60,834 nucleotides of DNA from a virus (taxonomy: Duplodnaviria > Caudoviricetes). The stretch spans positions 1-60,834 of IMG/VR virus record IMGVR_UViG_3300044972_001994; one strand, given 5' to 3'. This document shows positions 8,858 to 18,025 of the stretch, piece by piece. Position 1 is the first letter of the stretch. Every line of letters starts with the position of its first letter. A program made the position numbers and the translations under genes. Below the pieces are notes generated by a model. The model saw only the letters and a program-made list of their open reading frames with translations. It did no database searches and had not been told where the DNA came from.

Positions 8858-10258
8858 ATGTGTGGAATATTATTAACTCTAGATGGATCCGAATCTTCTC
8901 TAGGCTCAATTAAACATCGCGGGATAGAAAGAACAGTGGTTGAGAAGAATGGCGTGTTCTTATGTCACCATAGGCTCCCTATACAGACAGAAGATGGGGA
9001 TACTTGGAACCAACCAAGAGAAATATCCCCTGGAATTTATCTAATGTTCAACGGAGAGATTTTTAACTATGATAGGGTAGTTTATTCTTCAGATACAGAA
9101 TATCTTTGTACCCTCTTCGGAATGTATAAAGGTGGATCTTTTGAATTATTTACTGCTTTGTTCCTTCCACATATTCAATTATGGGATGGATTCTGGGCTA
9201 TCGTTATCTACGATTCGAATACAGGAGACATAATTTCTTTCACAGATCCACTCGGAAAGAAACCTTTATACTATAGCGAGAATGGAGAAATATGTTCAGA
9301 GATAAAAGGTCTTGCATACAATCAAAGTCCAATAGATCAAGTTTTCATTTCCGAAACTAGAAAATGGGGATACAATACTGATAACAGAACTCCATACACT
9401 GACGTAAAGAGATTTATACCAAATACAATTTACTACTACAATATAAAATCTCCAGATTTTAAAACCACTTACCCTGCTTATTATAAACTTTGGGATTCCC
9501 CTATTCCAGAACTTTATGAAAAGTCCTACGAAGATCACATGGATTGGCTTTGGAGAAAAATGATAGAGTCAGTTCAGAATAGATTGATCTCTAAAAATTA
9601 TCCAATCTCCCTCTTAATTTCAGGTGGTTTAGATTCTTCTATTATTGCAGCAATTCTTCAAGGAACAGACACTGATGTTACTTGGTATAGCATAGAAAAT
9701 GGAGAATCCGAATTTGTAAATATCTTATCCGAGAAATTTGACAAGAAAGTAAATTTTCTAAAGTATGATATGGATGATTCTTTGAATCAAATAATCTATC
9801 AATACTGGAACGAAACTCCTATTGATTTAGGATCTGTTATACCCCAGTATCATCTCTTCAAAGCAATCAAAGATAATAGCGACCATAGAATTGTTATAAG
9901 TGGGGACGGAGCAGATGAGTTATTTGGTGGATATAGAAGAATTCACGAGTATGATTCACAGGCTTCTGATATTTTTGAAGAGCTAACATATTACCATCTT
10001 CCAAGATTAGATAAAATGTCAATGGCTCATACTCTAGAATTGAGAAGTCCTTTTCTAAATCTAGAGATTGTTAGATTTGCTTTAAATCTTCCCCTTGAAT
10101 GGAGAAAGGATAAAAAAATTCTAAAAGATACTTTTGCTCCACTTCTCCCAGAGGAGATTATAAATAGGGATAAAGCTCCTCTTAAAAATCCAGGCATCAA
10201 GGAAGACAAGATAGCATACAGATATAAAGCCATAGATTTATTTCTCCAAGGTAGATAA
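8858..10258 (+). CDS. asnB: Asparagine synthase (glutamine-hydrolysing)-like amidotransferase
   Basis: MCGI Ntn nucleophile, HRG, HHRLPI, FNGEIFNY, DPLGKKPLYY, SGGLDSS PP-loop, SGDGADELFGGY, ELRSPFL. Confidence 0.9.
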   Translation: MCGILLTLDGSESSLGSIKHRGIERTVVEKNGVFLCHHRLPIQTEDGDTWNQPREISPGIYLMFNGEIFNYDRVVYSSDTEYLCTLFGMYKGGSFELFTALFLPHIQLWDGFWAIVIYDSNTGDIISFTDPLGKKPLYYSENGEICSEIKGLAYNQSPIDQVFISETRKWGYNTDNRTPYTDVKRFIPNTIYYYNIKSPDFKTTYPAYYKLWDSPIPELYEKSYEDHMDWLWRKMIESVQNRLISKNYPISLLISGGLDSSIIAAILQGTDTDVTWYSIENGESEFVNILSEKFDKKVNFLKYDMDDSLNQIIYQYWNETPIDLGSVIPQYHLFKAIKDNSDHRIVISGDGADELFGGYRRIHEYDSQASDIFEELTYYHLPRLDKMSMAHTLELRSPFLNLEIVRFALNLPLEWRKDKKILKDTFAPLLPEEIINRDKAPLKNPGIKEDKIAYRYKAIDLFLQGR

Positions 10259-10275
10259 TTTACTATTTTAGAAAG

Positions 10276-10283
10276 GATATATA
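10276..10283 (+). promoter_or_regulatory. Putative late promoter GATATATA
   Basis: Recurring motif 20 nt before the ATG at 10304. Confidence 0.65.
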
Positions 10284-10303
10284 GTCTAAAAATATTCTTA
10301 TAA

Positions 10304-10933
10304 ATGAGTAAAATTATAAAGAACTTTTCAGAATTTGAATCCGCAAATGAGGGATTTGATGTTACCAGTCTACTAGGAAATCTTGGAGACGTAGGAGCAG
10401 ATTTAGTAAAAAGTAAAGCAGCAGAATATCTATATGGATATTTAGGAATAAAACCCGAATCTCTGTTAGGGACTATTATCTCTAAATTAGTACAGACTGT
10501 AGATTTCAAAGAATACTGGGATATTATAACAGGAAAAGGAGATTTTCCTATAAGTAAAATTGCTCCTAAATTGGCAGATGCAACTATTGAGGTAGTTACA
10601 GACAAAGGTGTTGATGGAATTGCTTCATCTTTCAATTCAACTTTAGATAAGAACGGATTAATTTACAGAGCAATAAAAGAAATGATTACTAATCAATCTA
10701 GAAAAGCTGAATTTAGAGAAAATCTAATTTCTATGTATACTTCTATACTTACAGCAGGAAAAGGAGGTTTAAGTTCCCCTAAAAAGAGTCCTTTCACTTT
10801 TACCCCTTCAGAAGCAAAAACCTTGGCAAGTGACCCTGCACTAAAACAAAAAGCTGCTTCGGGATCTGGATCTACTGACTTGGTTCAATCTCTCTTTGGA
10901 GGAAAAGCATCAACAGGAACCACACAAGGATAA
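10304..10933 (+). CDS. Putative internal head protein
   Basis: IIKNFSEFESANEG CTS-like leader; preceded by the late-promoter motif. Confidence 0.55.
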   Translation: MSKIIKNFSEFESANEGFDVTSLLGNLGDVGADLVKSKAAEYLYGYLGIKPESLLGTIISKLVQTVDFKEYWDIITGKGDFPISKIAPKLADATIEVVTDKGVDGIASSFNSTLDKNGLIYRAIKEMITNQSRKAEFRENLISMYTSILTAGKGGLSSPKKSPFTFTPSEAKTLASDPALKQKAASGSGSTDLVQSLFGGKASTGTTQG

Positions 10934-10951
10934 TAAAACAATTTAAAAATT

Positions 10952-11344
10952 ATGAATTTAGAAGACATTTCAAAAAGAGAAATTTTAGATTTTAAGAAAT
11001 TTAGATCTAAAGTTATGGACGATACATTTAAACCTTTAGCCCCAGAAAATCAAGATCCATTGAGTTCTGCAAAAACTGGTTTACACCAAATCAAAAGACA
11101 AGCTGCTTATGATTGGGTTGGATATGCAAATGCAGTATTTAGTCCAGATAAAGCTGGTATTACTTTCCCTGGATTTAATTCTCAAGGAGATAGAAATTAC
11201 GTAAATGGTGTTGGTGTGACTACTGTTGATTTACAAAATAAAGCAGCTCAGCCAAACTCGGTTTTCAATATGGATACCAGCGAATCTGAAAAATTTAATG
11301 CTAAAGAATTTAAAGTCCTAAGACTTAACGAATTCAAAGGCTAA
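10952..11344 (+). CDS. Hypothetical protein, possibly head-associated
   Basis: Clean ORF with host-like codon usage; ILDFKKF near the N-terminus and VLRLNEF at the C-terminus. Confidence 0.55.
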   Translation: MNLEDISKREILDFKKFRSKVMDDTFKPLAPENQDPLSSAKTGLHQIKRQAAYDWVGYANAVFSPDKAGITFPGFNSQGDRNYVNGVGVTTVDLQNKAAQPNSVFNMDTSESEKFNAKEFKVLRLNEFKG

Positions 11345-12054
11345 TCTGGATCAATTTCCCTAAGGAATTTTTCCTTAGCAATTTTAAAAATCTCCGAGCT
11401 CTGATTAAAGGTCTCGGAGATTTCTATGATAATACAGGGGAATTTTTCCATAGAATCGACTCCTGCTGCAACTAGAATCTCGCACATAATAAATTCATAA
11501 GACATAGAATAGTAATCGTGCGGAATATAAATAGGCTTCATCATAACGCCTTTTTTAACTTCCTCCCCTATTCTAATTTCGGTTTTATTCCACCAGTAGG
11601 TAAAGATCTCGTTAGAAGTCATGCTTCTAAATATAACCATCCCATTCTTTTTATTATCGGTTACAACTTCTAGACTGTGGATCTTAATTTGATCCTCCAG
11701 ACTTCTTAAAAGTTTTAGACCACTCTCTGCATATTTTCCTAGCACTCGGAGAGAATTTTTTATTATCTCATCTATTTCTCTAACCTCATCATCTGAAAAA
11801 TACCCATTAACATAAGAATCCAGCAAATCTAAATCCTCTTCTGATAGATTCTCATCTAAGAAATTCTCTAGAGTTCTGTATTGGTAGAAATGGTCTAATT
11901 CTTTAGAAAGAGATAAGACAGTTCTAAGAGGTGAATGGAAGTTATCTTTTTTAATTTCTTGGCTGACCGATTTTAGAAAATCCAGAAGAATATAGTATTT
12001 TTCTTCGACGTCTATCGGATCTTTAAGAAACCAAACAGGACTCAGAGTTTTCAT
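11341..12054 (-). CDS. Hypothetical protein
   Basis: 237-aa ORF filling the gap between + strand genes; 4-bp convergent overlap with the upstream gene; AATATATA motif upstream on the minus strand. Confidence 0.7.
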   Translation of the reverse strand: MKTLSPVWFLKDPIDVEEKYYILLDFLKSVSQEIKKDNFHSPLRTVLSLSKELDHFYQYRTLENFLDENLSEEDLDLLDSYVNGYFSDDEVREIDEIIKNSLRVLGKYAESGLKLLRSLEDQIKIHSLEVVTDNKKNGMVIFRSMTSNEIFTYWWNKTEIRIGEEVKKGVMMKPIYIPHDYYSMSYEFIMCEILVAAGVDSMEKFPCIIIEISETFNQSSEIFKIAKEKFLREIDPD

Positions 12055-12081
12055 AGCCTTAATTTAGTTATTGAGTTAACT

Positions 12082-12119
12082 TATATATTCGAATGATAAA
12101 AATTCAATTTAGATATATA
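12082..12119. promoter_or_regulatory. Divergent pair of putative late promoters (AATATATA on -, 12082-12089; GATATATA on +, 12112-12119)
   Basis: Each motif lies about 20-27 nt upstream of the start codon on its own strand. Confidence 0.6.
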
Positions 12120-12139
12120 GACAAAAGAATCTAATTTAT

Positions 12140-12574
12140 ATGCCAAGAGTCGAAGATTATAATAGCTATTTTGCAGGAAAGAATAAAAATTTCTCTAATG
12201 AGCACTATTTCATTTCCAGTTTAGGTTACACAGATATTGTTGTTATTGGGAACCCACCAGAAATAACCAACGTAGATGATGCTAAGTGTGAAGTTGAATA
12301 TGAAGCTGTAGTTTCCAGAAATACAAAGGGGATAGATGGAATAGACTTCAAAATCCACAGAATAGAACTTGAGATAGCTGTAGATGATTATCCCAATGAT
12401 AAAAAAACTTTCGATTTTGAAATCGAACCTGGCATCAATATAAATCCAGAAATGGTAATGGCAGATCCCTTGGAATACATTCTTCCTACATATCCAACAC
12501 AGATTAGAATCGATATGAGAAAATCGATGGAAGTAAAAGATTTCAAGGTAATGGTAAGTTTTGGTAGAGACTAA
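12140..12574 (+). CDS. Hypothetical protein
   Basis: 144-aa beta-rich ORF; TAATG coupling to the next gene. Confidence 0.65.
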   Translation: MPRVEDYNSYFAGKNKNFSNEHYFISSLGYTDIVVIGNPPEITNVDDAKCEVEYEAVVSRNTKGIDGIDFKIHRIELEIAVDDYPNDKKTFDFEIEPGININPEMVMADPLEYILPTYPTQIRIDMRKSMEVKDFKVMVSFGRD

Positions 12575-13545
12575 TGAAATTCAATTCTGTATATAACTTT
12601 GACGATTATTCATATTCTCTTAATGAAGGAAATTCATATAAGAAAGATCTTGGAATCATAGGCCCCTTTTCGGATCAATGGGGGTATAAGATCAGAACTT
12701 CTTGCCCTTCCGAGGGGGGAGAAGAATCAGATTCAATTCTTCTAGCAGAAGAATCTGGAGACGGAAATATAATTTTAAAATACAATTACCCTGGAGGAAG
12801 TTCATCTCTTCCACTTTCTATGGGATGTTTTGATATTACCGGTTCTCCTAAGAACCCAATACTTCAGACTAGAAAAAATTCTAAATGGTGGGATGAAGAA
12901 AAACAAGAAGATTTTGATTCCTTTATAGATTCTTTTATCGAATCTAAATTTTTTACTGTTGATAAATCTGATTCTGCACACGAAGACATTTCCGATATCT
13001 TAGATCTTTTCGGAATAGAATCTGAAATTAAAAACATCGAAAAGAAAAAAGATCTACATTGGATTGCATATTTGGACAATGGATCAGAAATAGAACTTAG
13101 GAAAAAAAACGATAACAATTTTCTTAAAAGTTTAAAAATTTATCTGAATAAAGATTCATATTCCCCCGAGGTGGAAATACGTAAAGATGGAACTGGATTT
13201 GAAACTACTTTCTCTACTCCAAAGGGTAAGTTTACTAGAAGAGCAGAAAAATTTAGCGATGTGTATAAAGATCCAATTCATAAGTATCTTTTTCATTCTA
13301 GTATGAAGAAAGATCCGACTCTATATCATGAACCTGTTATGAATTATTTAAATTCAATTTTAAAAAATCACGACTGGAGACCTCCTTCTAAAAAAAATCC
13401 AGAAGAAGTAAAGTTAAGAGAATTTGAGATTAACAGGATTAAAAAGATGCTAACTAATACTATAGACGAATCTGCCCTGGATGAGATTTATTCTAGAGCT
13501 AGAGAAAAATATTCTAAAGACTCTCCCTCGACCCGAAACTCTTAA
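12574..13545 (+). CDS. Hypothetical protein with CTS-like leader
   Basis: SVYNFDDYSYSLNEG leader; 323-aa ORF. Confidence 0.6.
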   Translation: MKFNSVYNFDDYSYSLNEGNSYKKDLGIIGPFSDQWGYKIRTSCPSEGGEESDSILLAEESGDGNIILKYNYPGGSSSLPLSMGCFDITGSPKNPILQTRKNSKWWDEEKQEDFDSFIDSFIESKFFTVDKSDSAHEDISDILDLFGIESEIKNIEKKKDLHWIAYLDNGSEIELRKKNDNNFLKSLKIYLNKDSYSPEVEIRKDGTGFETTFSTPKGKFTRRAEKFSDVYKDPIHKYLFHSSMKKDPTLYHEPVMNYLNSILKNHDWRPPSKKNPEEVKLREFEINRIKKMLTNTIDESALDEIYSRAREKYSKDSPSTRNS

Positions 13546-13620
13546 TTCTCAATTAACTATAAAAATAAGTTCACTATTATTTTATTTGGTCGGAAACATT
13601 ATATCTAAATCCGATATAAT
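13535..13620 (+). promoter_or_regulatory. Tandem putative second-class promoters GAAAC-N18-TATAAA (13535-13563) and GAAAC-N17-TATAAT (13593-13620)
   Basis: Two copies with sigma-like spacing upstream of the 13640 operon, which includes the Nudix gene. Confidence 0.45.
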
Positions 13621-13639
13621 ATAAAGAACCCAACATAAA

Positions 13640-14293
13640 ATGTTGAAATCGATAATAGCTAACATATTTAAAAAGAAAAATAAAATGAGTTTAGAAGATA
13701 AATCTCTAGAAGAATTAAGAGCCGAGCTGTCAAATTCGGATTTCCAATGGATTAAGGGAGAACAGACCGGAATGATTGAAAAATACGAAAGTGTTTCCGA
13801 GGAAAATTCCATGAAATTTATAAATTTTAAAGGTGGAAATAGAATCAACATTGAAATTCTAAGAGAATTCATGGACATTTTTCCTTCTTCTCCTGTAGAT
13901 TTTGGGATCAATCCAGCTCCAGCAAAAAATAATTCCCCACAGCCACCTAAGGAATCAAAGGTTAATTCTATAAAATATGATTCTACTGTTCAAGTTGGGG
14001 TAGAAGAATCTCCAATTTATAAACTTTTAAAGAAACAAAAGCCTAATTGGGTAAATGTTAATATAAGTTTAAAACTCAACCTTCCTACTAAATCTCTTTA
14101 TAATGTTTTAGTTTCTTCTTTTGAAGACGCAGACACAGAGATTTCGAACTATGTAACTGAAGGTGTTGAGATAGAAGACATTAGAAATGCAATTGCAGAA
14201 TCCATTAGAACCTCTTTCTACGACGCAAAGAAAAATTCAGATTCAAAGATCAATAAAAAAGAAATAGAAAAAAATGAACTTTCCGAAGATTAA
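13640..14293 (+). CDS. Hypothetical phage protein
   Basis: 217-aa ORF; the start could alternatively be the ATG at 13685. Confidence 0.65.
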   Translation: MLKSIIANIFKKKNKMSLEDKSLEELRAELSNSDFQWIKGEQTGMIEKYESVSEENSMKFINFKGGNRINIEILREFMDIFPSSPVDFGINPAPAKNNSPQPPKESKVNSIKYDSTVQVGVEESPIYKLLKKQKPNWVNVNISLKLNLPTKSLYNVLVSSFEDADTEISNYVTEGVEIEDIRNAIAESIRTSFYDAKKNSDSKINKKEIEKNELSED

Positions 14294-14864
14294 AACCATA
14301 CACGAAAACGATGAATTCCAATTCTTAGAATGTGGAAACTTTACAGGAATAAAACCTCTTTTTACTAATGTGGTAGTTATGCCTTTTACTTCTGACGATC
14401 AAGGTTTACCTTTATCGATTGGAGTTTTACACGAGCCAAATCCTTTTAGAGAGGGTGGAATTAATATCAGTCTAGTTACCGGATGCACCGAAGATGAAGA
14501 CGGAGATCTTCTTTCAACTGCTCAAAGAGAACTTTACGAAGAAACTGGTTTAAATGTACCTGACATCTCTAAATGGTATTATCTTGGATCTGTTACTTCT
14601 TCTAAATTCGTAGATCATGAACAGCCTTGTTTTGCTGTTGATGTGACTGGAGTATCTAGAGAAATACCAAAGACTGACGGAACAACAAAAGAATCCCAAT
14701 CCCAATTTAAATTTATACCAGCAAATGATGTCGTGAAAGCAAAAGACATATTTATTCCTGGTCTTTTTTTAAAGCTTTTCAAATACGTCTTAGGAATAGA
14801 CGTACAAGCTCCTTCAACCGATTTTGAATTTGGAGCAGAAAAATCAAACGATTTAGAGTCTTAA
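14274..14864 (+). CDS. Nudix hydrolase
   Basis: Nudix box variant GCTEDEDGDLLSTAQRELYEETGL. Confidence 0.85.
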   Translation: MNFPKIKTIHENDEFQFLECGNFTGIKPLFTNVVVMPFTSDDQGLPLSIGVLHEPNPFREGGINISLVTGCTEDEDGDLLSTAQRELYEETGLNVPDISKWYYLGSVTSSKFVDHEQPCFAVDVTGVSREIPKTDGTTKESQSQFKFIPANDVVKAKDIFIPGLFLKLFKYVLGIDVQAPSTDFEFGAEKSNDLES

Positions 14865-14875
14865 TATATACAAAA

Positions 14876-15130
14876 ATGAGCGAATCAAGAAGATATAGAA
14901 GAGCAATGGCAAAACAGTTTGGTCTACTTTCCAAAAAAGAAACTTTGGACCAAATGTTAGAAAGGTATAGAAGATCGATCCAAATGGGAGATCAATTTCA
15001 TACCCAACATCTACAAGACTTAAAAAATAAAGAAATTTTACGAGCTGAAGAAAATTCAGACACAGATAAAAAAGACTCTGAAGAATCAACCTCAGAGGAA
15101 AACCCTTACGGATTTTTAGGAAAGAGATAA
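14876..15130 (+). CDS. Small hypothetical protein (basic N-terminus, acidic C-terminus)
   Basis: Tightly packed ORF; AATATATA at 14863-14870 upstream. Confidence 0.6.
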   Translation: MSESRRYRRAMAKQFGLLSKKETLDQMLERYRRSIQMGDQFHTQHLQDLKNKEILRAEENSDTDKKDSEESTSEENPYGFLGKR

Positions 15131-15131
15131 T

Positions 15132-15500
15132 TTGGAAGATAATTACTATTTTGAAGAAGATCAAATAGATCCTGGTGATCTGCAGGAAGTTAAATTTCTG
15201 TTGGCAGGATGTTCTATTAAAGAGGCAAAAAAGAAATATTGCTCTGACAAGGATCTGTTCATAGTGGATATTGGAAAAATCATCAAAGATCTTGGATATG
15301 ATTCAGATTCTCTTTCTAAAGAATCTGAATTTGTTATTAATTACTCAGTTACAAAGAAAATTACACAAGGAATATATAGTACTAAATGTAATGGAATATT
15401 AGTGGTACATAAGAACATCTCTTTAACTTTCGTAGAAAATTTAAAACATTTTTTAGAAGATTTAAATGAAGAGATTACTTATACCATCGAGATTCTATAA
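15132..15500 (+). CDS. Hypothetical protein
   Basis: TTG start 1 nt after the previous stop; fills the gap. Confidence 0.55.
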   Translation: MEDNYYFEEDQIDPGDLQEVKFLLAGCSIKEAKKKYCSDKDLFIVDIGKIIKDLGYDSDSLSKESEFVINYSVTKKITQGIYSTKCNGILVVHKNISLTFVENLKHFLEDLNEEITYTIEIL

Positions 15501-15516
15501 AAAATGTATTATATAA

Positions 15517-17415
15517 ATGGGTTTAAGCACCAATGATCCAACCACGGGGAATCCCCAAGCAAATGCCCAAGATGGGCAGAGATTAAACACGGGGAATACA
15601 CAAGCATTCCTTCAGAACGCAAGTAAGGATTTAGTAAATGCTAGGTATAATAGCGGAGTAGTAAATCCCTATGCAGGTCCAACACCAAAATCTTTATTTT
15701 ACAATGCTGCTACTTATAGAGACGGGAATTCTAATTATGCTCAGTATTTATTTTATTCTATAGTAGGAAACAATGATCCGAGTTTTATTGAAAATTATTA
15801 TCTTTCGGAAAGAACGGATCAAAACGCTAGAATATCGGAAGTTAATGCTATTTCAGGAGCTTCCAGAAATCCTAGTGCAGGATTCTTAGTAAGACAGACA
15901 GCTGCCAATCAAGGGGTTTTAAAAACAGCCAGATCCAATATTTTTAGTTATTTATTTGGGCCTGGGGATCACGGATCCTATATAATAGGAGGAGCTTCTG
16001 CCCCTTACTTCTGGAAAGATTTTTTATATTGTAAATATTACGGCCACATTCCTAATAATCACATGATTACTCTTAGAAGATTTCCAAGTCCCATGAGAGA
16101 TAATTTATCCTTACCAGCGAAGGTTAAAAATAGTGATGCATATAAAGTTAAAGGAGCGGGTCAGCCAGTTGCTCAAGCAGTTACCTGGTGGGGAGGAAAC
16201 ACAGAAAATACATTAAACTCAATTTTAAAGTTTTCAACGAGTCTTAAATGGGAGCCTTATGATGTTAAAGATAAAATAGAGCAGTCTTCTTTAAACCAAG
16301 GTATTTTTAAAGCAATTTCTGATAACCCAACACTAAGTGCGATTACATCTAAGATCCCAGGATTTAGCGTTATCACAAAAGCTGCCGAGTCAGTTGTGTC
16401 TGCTAGTAATTCTGGGTTTGAAGAAACTACAAATGCAAAAGTAAATTTTGCATTAAGGGACAAGGCAGAGAAAGAGGGAGGACCTTTAAGTAAATTTATT
16501 TGGACCTCGGTAGATACTATCACTAAAGCTACTATGAGGGCAAGAGGTTTAAATGGACATGATGAACAATTTTCTATCAAATTCCATTACGAGCTGACCT
16601 CCGTAGGTGAAGTCAATACCAAAGCTGCAATGGTGGATATTATTGGTAATTTATTAGGTCTTTGTACAAATTATGGACAGTTTCTAACCCCCGAGATCAG
16701 ATATGATAATGGATTTCCGGCTTTTAATTTTCCAGGAGGAGATCCGGGGTTAAACCAATTTTATTCAGATCCAGTAAGGTATATTAAATCCTTAATTTTA
16801 TATTCAATGGATCCAAATTCTTCTTCTACAGATCCAGCTGCTGGAACTGTATCTGGTGCGGTAAGTCAAGTAACAAAAGCAACAGATTGGTTAAATAATG
16901 CTCTAAAGAATCTAGAGGGACAAACTGAAGGAAATATCAAGGACGGATTGCTTAAAATTCTAGATTCTGATGAGTTCAGCAATCTGGTAAAAACCGGAAT
17001 GGCTGACAAATTTATAGAAAATGTTTATATGCCTCAGCTTGTTCTAACGGGAGCTCCTGTTGGGGAATGGCACTTGGTAGTTGGAAATCCTTGCAACCCT
17101 ATAGCAATGATAGGAAATCTTATTTGTTTGGATCTTAGCATAGAGTTTGGAGAGAATTTAGGTCCTGATGATTTTCCAACAGAATTAACTGCTACAATTC
17201 AGCTGCAGCATGCAACAGAAAGAGAAAGAGGTCAAATAGAATCTATGTTCAATCGAGGAGGGGGAAGACTTTACCAATCTTCTGCACCAGTATATTCTAA
17301 TAGCCAATCTCTGGAATCTCAAGGAACTACACAAGGAAATAATATTCCATTTGATAGCGCAGGAGGAGTAATAAATCTAGCTACAGTATTTGGTAGCACT
17401 TTCGAAAATCAATAA
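15517..17415 (+). CDS. Putative baseplate/tail-tube junction protein (gp48/gp54-like position)
   Basis: Heads the gp53-hub-gp5 cluster. The C-terminal strand pattern (CLDLSIEFG..DDFPTELTATIQL) resembles tube-fold baseplate proteins. Assignment is mostly positional. Confidence 0.4.
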   Translation: MGLSTNDPTTGNPQANAQDGQRLNTGNTQAFLQNASKDLVNARYNSGVVNPYAGPTPKSLFYNAATYRDGNSNYAQYLFYSIVGNNDPSFIENYYLSERTDQNARISEVNAISGASRNPSAGFLVRQTAANQGVLKTARSNIFSYLFGPGDHGSYIIGGASAPYFWKDFLYCKYYGHIPNNHMITLRRFPSPMRDNLSLPAKVKNSDAYKVKGAGQPVAQAVTWWGGNTENTLNSILKFSTSLKWEPYDVKDKIEQSSLNQGIFKAISDNPTLSAITSKIPGFSVITKAAESVVSASNSGFEETTNAKVNFALRDKAEKEGGPLSKFIWTSVDTITKATMRARGLNGHDEQFSIKFHYELTSVGEVNTKAAMVDIIGNLLGLCTNYGQFLTPEIRYDNGFPAFNFPGGDPGLNQFYSDPVRYIKSLILYSMDPNSSSTDPAAGTVSGAVSQVTKATDWLNNALKNLEGQTEGNIKDGLLKILDSDEFSNLVKTGMADKFIENVYMPQLVLTGAPVGEWHLVVGNPCNPIAMIGNLICLDLSIEFGENLGPDDFPTELTATIQLQHATERERGQIESMFNRGGGRLYQSSAPVYSNSQSLESQGTTQGNNIPFDSAGGVINLATVFGSTFENQ

Positions 17416-17426
17416 ATGATAGAAAA

Positions 17427-18014
17427 ATGATAGAAATAGACACACTTTCCAGAAATAAAAATATATTCAATCCCAATAAGGATCTTCAAAATCAGGGGAT
17501 AGGAATTCTAGATCTAACCAGATCATCTCTTAGTTTTGGCAATATAAATTTAAAAATTAGCCAATTTTATAGAGTTCCCGAGGATGCACAGATGAGACCA
17601 GATCTAATTTGTTTGCAAGGATATGGAAATTTAACCAACGTAGGATCTCTTATGAAAACTAATGGAATATCGAATCCTTTTGCAATCAGCACTGGAACTC
17701 TTTTTGCAATGCCTGAGGCTGAAGGACTTGAATCTGCATTCGAACAAAAGAAGATGACTCTAACCAGTGGAAATACTACCGACAATCCAAATACTGCCTT
17801 TAGAAAATCTCAGGAAAATAAAGCTTTCAAAACTAGTGATAGCAGAAAAAACTTCATAGAACAACAAAGTAAAGCAAAGAATCCTATATCCGAGCCTCTT
17901 CCTCCTAATTTATTACAGGACGGAGAAGTTCAAACCCTAAAAACACCATCTGTTATTGCTCTTGGACCTAGCACTAGTGCAGCAGGACCAAATCCTAATG
18001 GTTTACCTAGCTAA
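17427..18014 (+). CDS. gp53: Baseplate wedge protein, gp53/LysM-like
   Basis: YRV...RPDLI...YG...NGISNPF LysM-like signature typical of gp53/P2 gpX; position before the hub gene. Confidence 0.7.
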   Translation: MIEIDTLSRNKNIFNPNKDLQNQGIGILDLTRSSLSFGNINLKISQFYRVPEDAQMRPDLICLQGYGNLTNVGSLMKTNGISNPFAISTGTLFAMPEAEGLESAFEQKKMTLTSGNTTDNPNTAFRKSQENKAFKTSDSRKNFIEQQSKAKNPISEPLPPNLLQDGEVQTLKTPSVIALGPSTSAAGPNPNGLPS

Positions 18015-18025
18015 TTTAATTTAAT

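Noticed and set aside
8858-10258. AsnB-like gene as a lasso peptide cyclase
   Set aside because: It has an intact Ntn glutaminase Cys, and no precursor peptide, B-protease or RRE gene is adjacent.
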